Positions 26,002 through 37,417 of a stretch of DNA of 64,000 bases are shown here, piece after piece (the stretch's first letter is position 1; every line of letters starts with the position of its first letter). This DNA is from Dimorphilus gyrociliatus (lineage: Eukaryota > Animalia > Annelida), in assembly GCA_904063045.1 (NCBI GenBank), contig CAJFCJ010000005.1, positions 570,815 through 634,814 of the forward strand, written 5' to 3'. Made by a program: the position numbers and the translations under genes. The notes below the pieces were generated by a model, which made no database searches, was not told the origin of the DNA, and saw only the letters and a program-made list of their open reading frames with translations.

Positions 26002-26107
26002 GGTAGCGTGGCCGAGCGGTCTAAGGCGCTGGTTTAAGGTCAATTATAAAAGTGATGTTAATACACCAGTCTCTTCGGAGGCGTGGGTTCGAATCCCACC
26101 GCTGCCA
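26002..26107 (+). tRNA. tRNA-Leu(AAG) with 24-nt intron (26040-26063)
   Basis: CTGGT-TTAAGG[TCAATTATAAAAGTGATGTTAATA]C-ACCAG, long variable arm TCTCTTCGGAGGC. Removing the intron gives a canonical 82-nt Leu(AAG). Confidence 0.92.
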
Positions 26108-26236
26108 TATCATTTTTTTTACCATGCAAACACGTCAGACATACAACATGCAGAATCATCTTGTTATATAATAAAAATAAAAGACATCTTAACAGTTGCA
26201 TATAGCGAAAAAAGAAAAGACCTTTTGTAGATCAAA

Positions 26237-26310
26237 AGGCTCTGGAGGGATTCGAACCCTCGATCTCCTGTTTACTAGACAGGCGCTTTAACCAACTAAG
26301 CCACAGAGCC
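26237..26310 (-). tRNA. tRNA-Thr(AGT)
   Basis: Reverse complement GGCTCTGTGGCTTAGTTGGTTAAAGCGCCTGTCTAGTAAACAGGAGATCGAGGGTTCGAATCCCTCCAGAGCCT. Confidence 0.96.
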
Positions 26311-27125
26311 GTTGCATTCGAAATATGCTTTCTACAGAAATTGATTCCGCAAATGGAAAAGAATTTCGTATAGGACTAAAAACAGAAATAGACAATTACA
26401 AAGATGTTTTCCAGTTATTCTTAATACACTACTCTCTTTGTATTAATATCACCCTTTTGTTGCACGCACCAGAGAGAAAGGAAACCATCTAATATTGCTT
26501 TTATTCAAAACTCTCTGCTAAGTACGATTGCCCTGAATAACAACTAATTCAATGTTTTTGTTTATCTTCATTGAATTAAGAAACAACGATCGAAAGATCT
26601 ATAGGAAGAGGCAAATGATAGATGCAGAAGATAAAGTTAGAGGGAGAGAGATGAAATAGACGAATTTCTCTAATGATTGTTTAAATAGATGTAGGAGTAG
26701 AATAACGAATGGCTTTATTCTTATTTATAAAGAAAAAATCTTTTCCACTTTGATTAAAAGTAAAAGTCTATTGACTATTAATATTTTCCAACCTCAGTAA
26801 GGATCTAGCGATGGAAATTTCATACTCCTTAAAGATTTGGAATTGATGTCATAGCAATAATTTCAAAACCCGCAATACGTTAATAATAAGGGAATGCCTA
26901 TTCACATTTGTTATACTTGTGGTGTAGTATTATGATAAGTTTTACAGTACCATTCTTGTCTCGTATATAAAAGACAACCAATTAGGAAATGATAGAAGGT
27001 AAACAGCAAAGCATAACACCCTGAAATATAAAGGAATAATTAATAAGTTTTATTATCATTTGTCTCATAGATTGAGACTTCGTGTATATAAGAATATATT
27101 TTGTCTCTCGAGCGTTTATTCTGCC

Positions 27126-28103
27126 ATGGAAAACACAACTGTTAAAGATTTACCTATCAATTTGAATTTTTATCTACCATTTCTTATTTTGATGTCGATA
27201 TTATGCGTGATTGGAGTTGTTTCCAATGTACTTATACTCTTACTATATCCTTTCAAAGCATCAAATGGAGGTACCTTGTTTATAAAAATTCTGGCTATCA
27301 TCGATCTACTTACCTGTGGTTTCGACATTCCTTTATCAGTCATCGTGGAACTTGGTCTAGTTACTAATAACGCTATCTGTAAAATTACTACATTGTTTTA
27401 TAATTATTTATTAACTGCTGCAGTGTTTACGTTTATTTTCATTGCAGTAGAAAGATGGTTATCAATTTGTAGACCTCATACGATACTATCTCAAAAGCAT
27501 TTCCTATATATGATATTTACTATCAATCTGTGCGCAATCTTATCGGGTGCGTTAGCAAGTTTTTTGTTCAAAGTTGGACTTTTTCAGAGGTTAGATGGTA
27601 GACTTCTAAGCAATTGCCATTTAAGAAGAGACTCTTTCTGGACTATGATTTATGGATTATTTGCATTATTAACATTCTTTCTAGCTATGATTGTTATATA
27701 TACTTTGTATATCCTAATTTTCAGGCTTATATTGAAGAGACGTAGAGCAGTTTATAAAAATAAGATTGGCTCAAATTTAAATGAACGAAATATAAGATTA
27801 AAGGATAGATTTAATGTTAGAAGTCAACTAAGGAATATAAGTATGCTCTTTGGAGTTACAACAATCTTCTTTCTTACTTGGATACCATTTCTGTTGACGA
27901 GTTTTAATATTGTTCCTAAACAACTCCTTATACACTATTCCTTCTTTATTAATAATGCAACCAACTTTTTTGTATATATTATATTTCAAAAGTCTTTCAG
28001 ATCAAATTTTAACTCAAGCTTTCAAAAGTTTTGCAAACATCGGAAAAGAACATCAAGATCCACAATTCAGGCAATAAATATAGCTACGCCATCTGCACTA
28101 TAA
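27126..28103 (+). CDS. Single-exon class A (rhodopsin-like) orphan GPCR, tandem copy 1
   Basis: Seven hydrophobic segments; GVVSN (TM1), LAIIDL (TM2), ICK, AVERW (TM3), WIPF (TM6), NFFVY (TM7). ATG 27126 (MENTT) aligns with the start of copy 2. Confidence 0.9.
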   Translation: MENTTVKDLPINLNFYLPFLILMSILCVIGVVSNVLILLLYPFKASNGGTLFIKILAIIDLLTCGFDIPLSVIVELGLVTNNAICKITTLFYNYLLTAAVFTFIFIAVERWLSICRPHTILSQKHFLYMIFTINLCAILSGALASFLFKVGLFQRLDGRLLSNCHLRRDSFWTMIYGLFALLTFFLAMIVIYTLYILIFRLILKRRRAVYKNKIGSNLNERNIRLKDRFNVRSQLRNISMLFGVTTIFFLTWIPFLLTSFNIVPKQLLIHYSFFINNATNFFVYIIFQKSFRSNFNSSFQKFCKHRKRTSRSTIQAINIATPSAL

Positions 28104-28647
28104 AATCTTGATTTATCACAAATATTACACTAGAACTTGATACATTCGTTTAATAGTATATAATATCGAGTCTTTAATAAAAAAACTAAACCATTATAGT
28201 TCAAATATTAGTGTACCCTTGATACTATTAAGATATTTGATCATTTTTACGTCGACTATCAAATTCCATGTAAAAGGTTTGTAATAGCATCTAACATCAT
28301 ATAAGGAAAGATAGGTACTATTTTAGGAGCAGAGTAGGATGAAAAAATCATCATATCCGCGTTTGGTATTAATCATACTCATCTCAATCCGGCATATGTA
28401 CAGTATACAGTACGATTTTACAAAAGACTGCGAAATCTCTTTTCTTCTTTTCTGCGATTTACATACACAAGATTACGATTATCCATATTAAATTCTATTA
28501 GTTTAATAGCCAAAAGTGAATTATCACTTATTTCTTTCCCTATTTGCCTATTATGCAAAATACTAACAAGAAAAGCAGTTTGATTATATCACGTGACCTG
28601 TTTCTTACTCTTTTTTTTTCTTAATGTTATTTTTTCATTTGGCTGCG

Positions 28648-29595
28648 ATGAACAACCTAACACTTTTCGTTGAGGATATAAAGTTGAATTTTTTTACGCC
28701 ATTTTTCATTTTTATGTCAATTATTATGATTGTTGGTATACCTTCAAATCTTCTCATCTTATTCTTTTATCCATTCAAAAAAACCTTTAAGCCTAGTGAT
28801 ATTTTTATAAAAAGTATGGCTATCGTTGACATTCTATCATGTGCACTTTGCGCTCCATATGGAATTGTTCTGGAAATGGGTTTTATTAAAAATTTCGTCA
28901 TTTGTAAGACGACAATGTTTTTCTATTCTTATATTTTGGTCTTTTCCTCATTTACCTTTGTATTCGTTGCTATCGAAAGATGGTTTTGCATATGTAAACC
29001 CTATAAAAAATTGGAAATGAAACATATAAAGATTATGTTTGTCATGATTACTTCGTTTGGTTTCTTGGCAGCAACATTTAATGCCTTAATCTACGGAATT
29101 AGAATTTCAAGCAGATACGATGGTCGAGTAATAAATAATTGCTTTCCAATACGTGGGATAATATTCGAAATTCACAAATACATTCTTTGTTTGCTCTACG
29201 TAGGAGTAGTGGTTGTGTTATATACACTCTATGGTCAAATTTATAAAGTTATCTTTCAAAGAAGTTTGAGGTTAAGAAAGAATAGAATCAGCGACGGAGG
29301 AAACAATTCGAACGAGCGTAGAAATTTTGGTAGGAATGTTAGAACAGTAACAATGCTATTCGGTGTTACAACAGTATTCGTATTGAGTTGGTTTTCGCTT
29401 TCTTTCGCTTTGGTTGGCATTTTACCATCAAACATAATTCTATACTATACTTTTCTCATTAATAATTCTTCGAATTGTTTTATATATATTCTCTTCCAAA
29501 GAGTTTTTCGGAGAAAGTTATCCGCTTTCTTTTTCTGCAAATATCAAAATATCAAAAATTTACAGTCGACTACAATGAAAAATGTTCAAAGCTAA
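28648..29595 (+). CDS. Single-exon class A orphan GPCR, tandem copy 2
   Basis: GIPSN, MAIVDI, ICK, AIERW, MLFGVTT, NCFIY; collinear with copy 1. Confidence 0.9.
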   Translation: MNNLTLFVEDIKLNFFTPFFIFMSIIMIVGIPSNLLILFFYPFKKTFKPSDIFIKSMAIVDILSCALCAPYGIVLEMGFIKNFVICKTTMFFYSYILVFSSFTFVFVAIERWFCICKPYKKLEMKHIKIMFVMITSFGFLAATFNALIYGIRISSRYDGRVINNCFPIRGIIFEIHKYILCLLYVGVVVVLYTLYGQIYKVIFQRSLRLRKNRISDGGNNSNERRNFGRNVRTVTMLFGVTTVFVLSWFSLSFALVGILPSNIILYYTFLINNSSNCFIYILFQRVFRRKLSAFFFCKYQNIKNLQSTTMKNVQS

Positions 29596-29797
29596 AGAGA
29601 AATTTCCAATTGCTGTCTTTTTATTACGTGTTGACTTATTCAAGTTATTCCTCTCTTCCTCGCACCGTCAACTATATAACTTCATTTTATAAAAAGTCTT
29701 GTGAATGTTATAAAAGTGGTAAGCTGTTTAAATATAACTTGTTCAAATACTTTCAATAGAATTAAATGCTTTGAGAGAATAGTTCAAAAAATATATA

Positions 29798-29888
29798 CAT
29801 CTCCGGTGGGACTCGAACCCACAGCCTCCGAATTACCTCGTTCTAGCCTACTAGAAGTCCGACGCGCTATCCATTGCGCCACGGAGAC
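29798..29888 (-). tRNA. tRNA-Arg(TCT) with 18-nt intron, copy 4
   Basis: Same exons; intron ends ...GAGGTA (last base variant). Confidence 0.92.
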
Positions 29889-30142
29889 GTCTTGAATGAT
29901 AATTTCATCGTTTCTTACATAATTTCATATCGAATTGACAATATATAACATAACTGCCAATTCGATAGTGTTATCGTAATCCTTTAATACCAAAGATGAA
30001 TAAACAATTGATTTAGAGCAACTTTGTTAAAAGTTAAAGATATCAACCTTTGCTTTATCAAAGAATAAAAATATTGATTAGAAAATAACTCCTTTTTGAA
30101 CGAGCTACTGTTTTTTTTTAATTCAAAATCAAGTACTTGTAA

Positions 30143-30214
30143 GCCGTGATCGTATAGTGGTTAGTACTTCTCGTTGTGGCCGAGACAACCCAGGTTCGAA
30201 TCCTGGTCACGGCA
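30143..30214 (+). tRNA. tRNA-His(GTG), copy 3
   Basis: Identical to copy 1. Confidence 0.96.
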
Positions 30215-30457
30215 GATCTCTGTCCGGCAATAAGTACCAATTTTTTTCATTTTTTGCCCATTTCCTAATGATTGTATGAGATCCAGACGAAATGGAATTA
30301 CCTCCATTAAATAGATTAAGCGACTGTTGATAAGACTTTGACCCTTGTTGAAAGATTCTGTTATTTATAGTATAACTAGTTGTGTATAAGACGAAACACG
30401 CAAAAATCAGTTTTCAATGAATTTCAGGTAAATCTGGCTAAAAAAAATATATATATA

Positions 30458-30548
30458 CATCTCCGGTGGGACTCGAACCCACAGCCTCCGAATAACCTCG
30501 TTCTAGCCTACTAGAAGTCCGACGCGCTATCCATTGCGCCACGGAGAC
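30458..30548 (-). tRNA. tRNA-Arg(TCT) with 18-nt intron, copy 5
   Basis: Identical to copy 2. Confidence 0.93.
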
Positions 30549-31104
30549 GACATAACTACTGTTTAATTATTTAATAGTATATTCTATAAATTAATTGTAC
30601 CATTAATTTTCAAAGTGTGAATGAACAGCTTCAAATTTGCATACGCCATATTTGTCTTCTCTTTTTTGTACAAGAAACAAATTTCCAGTACATTGCACTT
30701 GTAACGCTGTTTTGCAGCTATTTAAAGCTATCTGAAACAGTTTTCCATTATAGACCCGTCATCACATCCATTATACGTATTTCAATACTAATTTGATATT
30801 AAGTCAAAACTGCATTGTACACGTATATAAAACACATCCGTTACAAGGTAATAGAAAACTCGACGGCTATTCTATAAAAGAAACAGAGATCAAGTAGAAA
30901 GATTACGTAACTTTCTTAATAATACACGAAATATAAGGATTGAGCGAAGAAGTAGATTTTAAATTTCTCTTGCTGTTTATAGATTGTAATTATGATCCGA
31001 ACGAAATTTGTAAGTTTCCTATTAATTCTACAATTATTTGCTTTTTATTCGTGAGCTTTATTTCTCCAAGGTGAACAATTATATTTAATATAAACAAGAA
31101 ACAA

Positions 31105-31530
31105 TTATGTGGTACAGTTACCCTCCTTCTCCTCTTCTCCGTCTTCGTGTTTTCCTACTAGAGCTTTTATTAATTCCGATTTCTTTTGGGCAACGAGCAA
31201 ATTAAGTCTGTGTCTCGCCAAGATCCTCTTCACTGTTGAGACAGATAGCGTTTGATCTATTGTAGAATTTAATAGAACTTCCCTCGCCGTCCATTTTGGG
31301 TGTTTCTGACAGGTTGATATTAATCTAGTTCTTGTCTCTTCGCTCACTTTACATCTTCTACCCGACCTTGGTAAATCTTTTATCAGTTTATGTTCAGCAA
31401 ATTTTCTTTTAATACTTTGAACAGTAGTAGGACTACAACCAATTTTTTTCGCCACTTTCCTAACACTCATACTAGGTTGTTGAAGTAATGATAATATTTC
31501 TATTCGAGATTTTTCCGGTAAACGGGACAT
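31105..31530 (-). mobile_element. Tc1/mariner transposase-derived paired-like double HTH ORF without DDE domain
   Basis: MSVRKVAKKIGCSPTTVQSI (HTH1), LPRSGRRCK (GRPR-like linker), WTAREV...SVSTVKRIL (HTH2). Ends in an acidic tail and stop; no catalytic domain or TIRs seen. Confidence 0.75.
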
Positions 31531-31978
31531 TTCCAGAGAATTTTTATCGAGCAAAACACATTTTTTCCAGAACATACATAACCTTAGTGTAGCTTACAAG
31601 TTCTGTAGGCCAACCTGAGTAGTGTCCGCCCATGAGTACTTGTTACATTTTTTGTCTTTCGAATAAAACCGTTTGTTAATGCAGAATTTATGGTTTGTTT
31701 TACATCAAAGTTACCTCAATACCGCAAATTATTTATTAGTTTCGATTTTCGTGTTTTGAACAATTGATTTTGCGACTGAAGTATGCGCTAAAGACTTTAT
31801 TATTGAAGGATCTCTATTGAACGATTGCTTTTATTCACTTTATTAAGAATACAAACAATTACATAACTAGTCGGAAGACATGGGGAAAAAGTTAACAGAA
31901 AATAGGCTAAATGATAAGAAAATTGTTCATATTTAATTAACCATTGTTTGTAGCAATTAAAACTTCAAGTACTTGTAA

Positions 31979-32050
31979 GCCGTGATCGTATAGTGGTTAG
32001 TACTTCTCGTTGTGGCCGAGACAACCCAGGTTCGAATCCTGGTCACGGCA
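31979..32050 (+). tRNA. tRNA-His(GTG), copy 4
   Basis: Identical to copy 1. Confidence 0.96.
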
Positions 32051-33433
32051 GATCTCTGTCCGGCAATAAGTACTATTTTTTTTTCATCATTTCTTAATTA
32101 AATAGCAGATATTGAAGATTTTCGAATAATTTAAAAGTCTATCTTACATTACTACTTTTTAAATGTCTATAAATAGATTGCATCAATTGTCCTAGTCAGT
32201 GAAGAGTTTGTTATGAAATTGATGTCTATTGGTTTATTCTTTATTATGTTTTTTTAATTTCCGTCTTTTTCATCGTCACCGATAATGTAACGACTGCATT
32301 CTATGACAAGACTTTGACTCTTTGCAAAGGTACTCTTCTGTCTCTTTCAAACCGCTTTTCAAAGTTTGTCTCTTCTATAGCATGTCAAGAACAATATGGT
32401 CAAAAAATTTCTTCTCGTGTCGCACTGATCTTGAAGTGCTCGAGTTGTGTTTAGTTTACTGTCTATTGAACGTCTTCCTTTTGAAAGTCTTCGCCATACT
32501 TTCTCCGCTGCCATCCATACAATTATTTTCCACAATTGCAAACAGTTTTAATGTATAAACTTATAGAAACAATCATTGATTTGAACATTAAACAAAAACT
32601 GATAAATATTTCATCATTTTACATTCAAGCGGTTTGAAAAATATCGAGTATTCAATTCCTGTCGAAACATTAGTTTTTATTATTTTGGCAAATGATTAAA
32701 AGACTTAGTGCACTCAAAATTCTTTTACTTTATCTATAAAACTCTGCAAAATCAGAAAAATATTTTACTTTTTGCGATTGTTTGCAATTGAAACAATGTA
32801 AACTTATTTACTTGGTGATTGGTTAGAACATATTTGATAAATTATAAATATTTATAGAGCGACAGATCGATCCTTACGGAGAACAGGTGAACCAACCCTG
32901 GTAAAGTATTATAGCTCGACTCATTTCATTAACAACTCTATTTTTATTCTTATTTTTTATTGACAGTTGAAGAGTCCCAGTTCCAGCTAACTGATATCGT
33001 AAAAAAGTGTTCTACATGAGGCTCAAGGTTGAATTATTGTATGTGCAAATCGATGCAGTTTTATTGACAACTCAAAGGAAACCTGTAGGATTGATTCGCA
33101 AACGGGAAAATCACAAATGTTTTCGATATTTGTGTCTAGAGAAGGGGAAAATATCAAAATATCATTTCAATTGTAAAGAAACAGGAAAGTATTTGACTGT
33201 TTTAATCAAATAAGATAAAGAGAATAGTAAATTTTCGTAGTATGAATATTCAAAATACATGTAGTAATAAATTTCAAAATGTAATTTTTATTAGATGTTC
33301 AGACCAAAGAAACTTTGTCCCGCAAAGTTTTGCTTGAAAACATAGGATAATAAAATAGAAAATGTAACAATTGAACATTAAATTCTAGTAATAGAGGCAA
33401 TTCATAAAGCTTACAAAGGATAAAGTTTACATA

Positions 33434-34801
33434 TTAACATATATTTTCAAATTTGAAATACGTCTTATACAATATTAAAACATTTGTATGCTTTGTATGA
33501 AAGTCAATTAAAGAATTTTCAATGTTTAAAATACAGCTTGCTTCACCTACAGCTGCTGAATTACAATTTGCAGCTTGTTCGCATTCGTCTATACACCTCT
33601 TTATTGAAGCCACTCTTATTTGGTAATCATTCTGAATTTTTTGCGGTGGTATAGGCGTCCATTTAAACTCTGTCTCAGCTATAGCTTCACCAATGATGTA
33701 AAGATCAGTGGATTGAAATGTCATGATTGATTCAAGAAAAATGAACTTTCCAGAATTTTTCTCAGAACAGGTAAATTCAACAATAATTTGTTTATTGCTG
33801 TTTGACGTGGGAATAGACATTTTGCATAAATTTTTTGACTGCTTATCATCTGGTCTTGTAGAAATATGAACAAAAATTTCTTGTAATGGTTCTGAATTTG
33901 ATATTAAAACAACTGCATTAATGACTGAGAAAACTTTTGTTTCAAGCATTAGAGTTGAATGGCTTTCACTTAGTGAAAAACTGAGTTTCAGTTTTGAAGC
34001 AAAAGCATAGTCTGTTGTACTGGTTTTTAAGTAAACTGAAAGAAAAACAAGAAAATAGTTACTGCAGAGATGAAAACTTGGGAAAACTTACTGATGGGTA
34101 CTAAAGATCCTTTTAGAACGGTTGATTGAAAGAAGTAAACTCGGGAACCTGTGGAAGAAGCCGTAATAGTGTCTCCCACTTGTGAAGCTGTCCCTGATGA
34201 AGTATACCTATTCGGAAAGTTAAAGTTTGATGTATACGACGAGTCCGATTCCAATTTAGCAATACATTTGTCGTCTGAAGGCCCCGGGCGAATGCCCATA
34301 TATAAATCTTGATCAACTTGCAACGGATAGTCTAAGGTATAGTGAGTAACTGTATCGAATGGTCCAGGAGGTAATTTACTTTTCGTAATCAGTTCAAATT
34401 TATTGGATGGGGTAAACAACCAGAAATCTATTCAACAATTTATTTCCTTTAGATATTTAAACACTAAAATGTTTATATTTAATACACCAAACCTAAGAAG
34501 CAAACGTCACTGTTTTTTCTCAAATAAGTCCATTGTATGAGAAATCCCCTTTCTTGCACTTGATAGTTTACGTCTTTGAAAATGGACGTCTGTCCACCTC
34601 CTTCGTAAGTATCATCTTCGGGAACAGCCCAAAATAAACTATTCGGATAAAAAGATACTACTGATGCATACGATCTTCTCCAACAAACAACTGAGAAAAG
34701 GAAACATTGTTTTAATAAAAAAAATACCAAACTATAGCCGAGATTCATGATTTACCTGAACAATAATACAAGATTTGTATAATATAAACAAATATCATCA
34801 T
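33434..34801 (-). CDS. Secreted unnamed-domain + F-type-lectin-like + PAN protein, paralog 3
   Basis: Exon 1 MMIFVYIIQILYYCS from 34801 (donor GTAAAT). ERGFLIQWTYLRKNSDVCFLG; ORFs 34027-34419 and 33434-33949 (EFTCSEKNSGKFIFL; RCIDECEQAANCNS). Confidence 0.75.
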
Positions 34802-35466
34802 TAAATTCCTCTAAAGGAAAAATATACTTGTATTTATCTTGTGCGAAACGCTCAGGAACTAAGATTACTTTTGTCGTTAAAAAAAGGGCGATTGTCTAGG
34901 GATAGAAGATTTTTGAACAAAGGATGTATTGAATATTTATCGAATAATCATAATCATTTAGTCCTATAGTTTTAATGTTTTGTTTTATAGATTTATCGCT
35001 TATAATTTAGTATTACAATTTGCTAATTGAAAATATTAATATATTAGTTGAAATGAACGTAAAAGCATAAATCAGTGAGTTTTATTACCTAGAAGAGGAA
35101 GAATAGTTGATTTATCTAATAATTAAAAGATTTTTTCCTCTGTTTTACAATTACGGATAATGTATAGTTTACGAGTGCCATCTAACAATGTATAGTGGAA
35201 TTAGATGAGAAATAACGCTTATATCTTTAATATAATTATATCACTCCATTACCTATTGATCCTATCACAAAGCTATTTAGATTTCAAAGAAGTAAATTAT
35301 TTCAATATATTAAAGAAATTTATCAATTAAGATAAAGTAGATTATTTACTCTTTTCTGTTTTTTTGGTAATTAATAATTTAACAAGTTTATCAAAAAGAT
35401 TTTCATCTTTAATTATAAAGACAACGGATTCAGTTTTTTTGATTTCTTTAAAATTTTAACGAATAA

Positions 35467-36789
35467 ATGAAGAAAGACAATTATCTTCTCTTCATCTTTT
35501 GCCAAGGTGGAGAGACGTAGTTTTGATAAGAAATTTTTAATTGATTTTCTTATTTTTCAGCATTTTTGGCCTGGGTAGAATGCTTTATTAGATCATATCC
35601 TACAAATATCAACTGGGATTATACACCAGCAATTTCAGCTAGCAGTGTAGGGCATTTCAATATTTTTACTGATACACAACGCGTGATAGAAACTGATGGA
35701 TATATAATCGGTTGGAATTATGTTAGAAGAACTAGTGATGCTTGTTACTTAGGTATTATAGTTTAACACGGAGAAATATTGTGATTCTACTAAATTTTTG
35801 TTAGGTATCTGGCGTAGAATTGGTCACTCAGATCAATTCAAGTGCGTTAACTTGATAGAATTACCCGAAAGTCAGCCATTATTACTGTCAAAACTTCGAT
35901 ATAAAAATCCAATTAGAGTACAGAGAAATGATTACTTTGGATTTCAAACTCTAAATGCATCTGATGACATCGATTGTATAAAATTTGTTGAAAATAAAAT
36001 TTTTAAAGATATTACTTATTCGACTATAAGAAGGACAGTGAAATATTTAACATCCGTTTCGGCGGACGATGAATTATCATTCGAAAGTTCTGCGGACAAT
36101 TACGATGGTCAGTTTCTTTTACAAGCTGTAATCTTGGAAGTCAACTTGGTAGAAATAGGTAGAATAAGTTTTAATCACTGATATTCATTCTCTTTAATAC
36201 TATTAATTTCACAGCTTTCGGTATTCTGAACTATAAAATTGGAGTCAGAAATAATAATAATTTAAAATTTCGATTAAATAATTATTATTCGTTCAATACT
36301 GCTATGTTCGAATTGAAAACTTGTTCAACTATTCAAGGATTTATGATTGTTACCTCCGAAAATATTTCTAGCAGTGAATTGAATCTATGGGTTAGGCAAG
36401 ATGCTCTTGCTAGATTCAACAAGTTAAAATGCGATCAAACTACTCTATTTCATATTTATCACGATGATTATGAATATTATTTCCTTTTTATGATTTGCCG
36501 ACTTGAATTGTTTGGAAAGTACATATTCCTTGATTCAATTTCGAATATAACTTTTATAGAATTCTATGTGATTGGACATTCGCAAGATAATTTTCAATTC
36601 ATCCATATTGGAGAATCTAACAATGATGTTGAGGGTAGATTACATTGTTCCAAAGGTAAATATTGCTTTGAAAATTGTTTAACAAACGAGAATTGTAAGG
36701 CAGTGTCAATGTCTAAATATCTGTCGAAGTCATTCAATCGAAATGAAACATTCTATAAAACTTGTTTAAAGATAAAGAGTTCTTGTTGA
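35467..36789 (+). CDS. Secreted unnamed-domain + F-type-lectin-like + PAN protein, paralog 4
   Basis: Exon 1 MKKDNYLLFIFCQ from 35467. DGYIIGWNYVRRTSDACYLG|IWRR; ORFs 35798-36181 and 36304-36789 (CFENCLTNENCKAVS). Head-to-head with paralog 3. Confidence 0.75.
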
Positions 36790-37288
36790 TTTATAAAATT
36801 GGTTCAAAGTTTTAATTTGACGATTCAATCGTCGCAAATATCGATTATATTCAATGTTAATAAAGAGAATTTCATAAATATAACTTTGTAACAAGACTCG
36901 GAGAATGAATTGTCCAAAATACTGTAATTCTATTCGAGATCTCTTCAAGTAAAACAAATCGGATATCATATTTATTAATTAAAATGATCTCTCTATGTCA
37001 AATATTAATCTTTCTTGTACACAACACCCACGCTTTGTCAGTTTAATTGACAAATTTTTACAAGCATTTACAATGCGTAATCAGATATTCCATAAAAATC
37101 GTTGAAAGATAGCAAAAGGAAGTGGAGAGACGGCTAAAGCCGAAAAACAGTGGCCTTCGAAGCTGTTCTCAAACCGATAGCCTCAACATCACAACATTAT
37201 CAACGAACAATATTTATATTTATATACAGTATATACAGTATAAAATAACCACAACCAATAGATGTCGTTTCCCGCAATAAAAAAAATG

Positions 37289-37417
37289 TGTCAGAAGTGG
37301 GATTTGAACCCACGCCCGCATTCGCGGACCAGAACGCCCCGCACAGTTCTAACATACATGTTTAACTGTAAGCATTACGCTTGAGTCTGGCGCCTTAGAC
37401 CACTCGGCCATCCTGAC
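37289..37417 (-). tRNA. tRNA-Leu(CAA) with 45-nt intron
   Basis: GTCAGGATGGCCGAGTGGTCTAAGGCGCCAGACTCAAG[45 nt]TTCTGGTCCGCGAATGCGGGCGTGGGTTCAAATCCCACTTCTGACA. Confidence 0.95.

Noticed and set aside
30560-31950. TIRs or TA target duplication around the Tc1-like ORF, and LTRs or PBS around the BEL gag at 38.3-39.6 kb
   Set aside because: No convincing terminal repeats seen by eye, so the elements were not called as intact transposons.
15708-32050. Recurrent identical 72-91-nt repeats as a CRISPR-like array or SINE family
   Set aside because: They are complete tRNA genes in both orientations with irregular spacing, no SINE body or tail, and no cas genes.
32200-33213. Possible small gene(s) around ORFs 32322-32558, 32359-32541, 33007-33213
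   Set aside because: I could not build a consistent splice model or recognise a motif; left uncalled.
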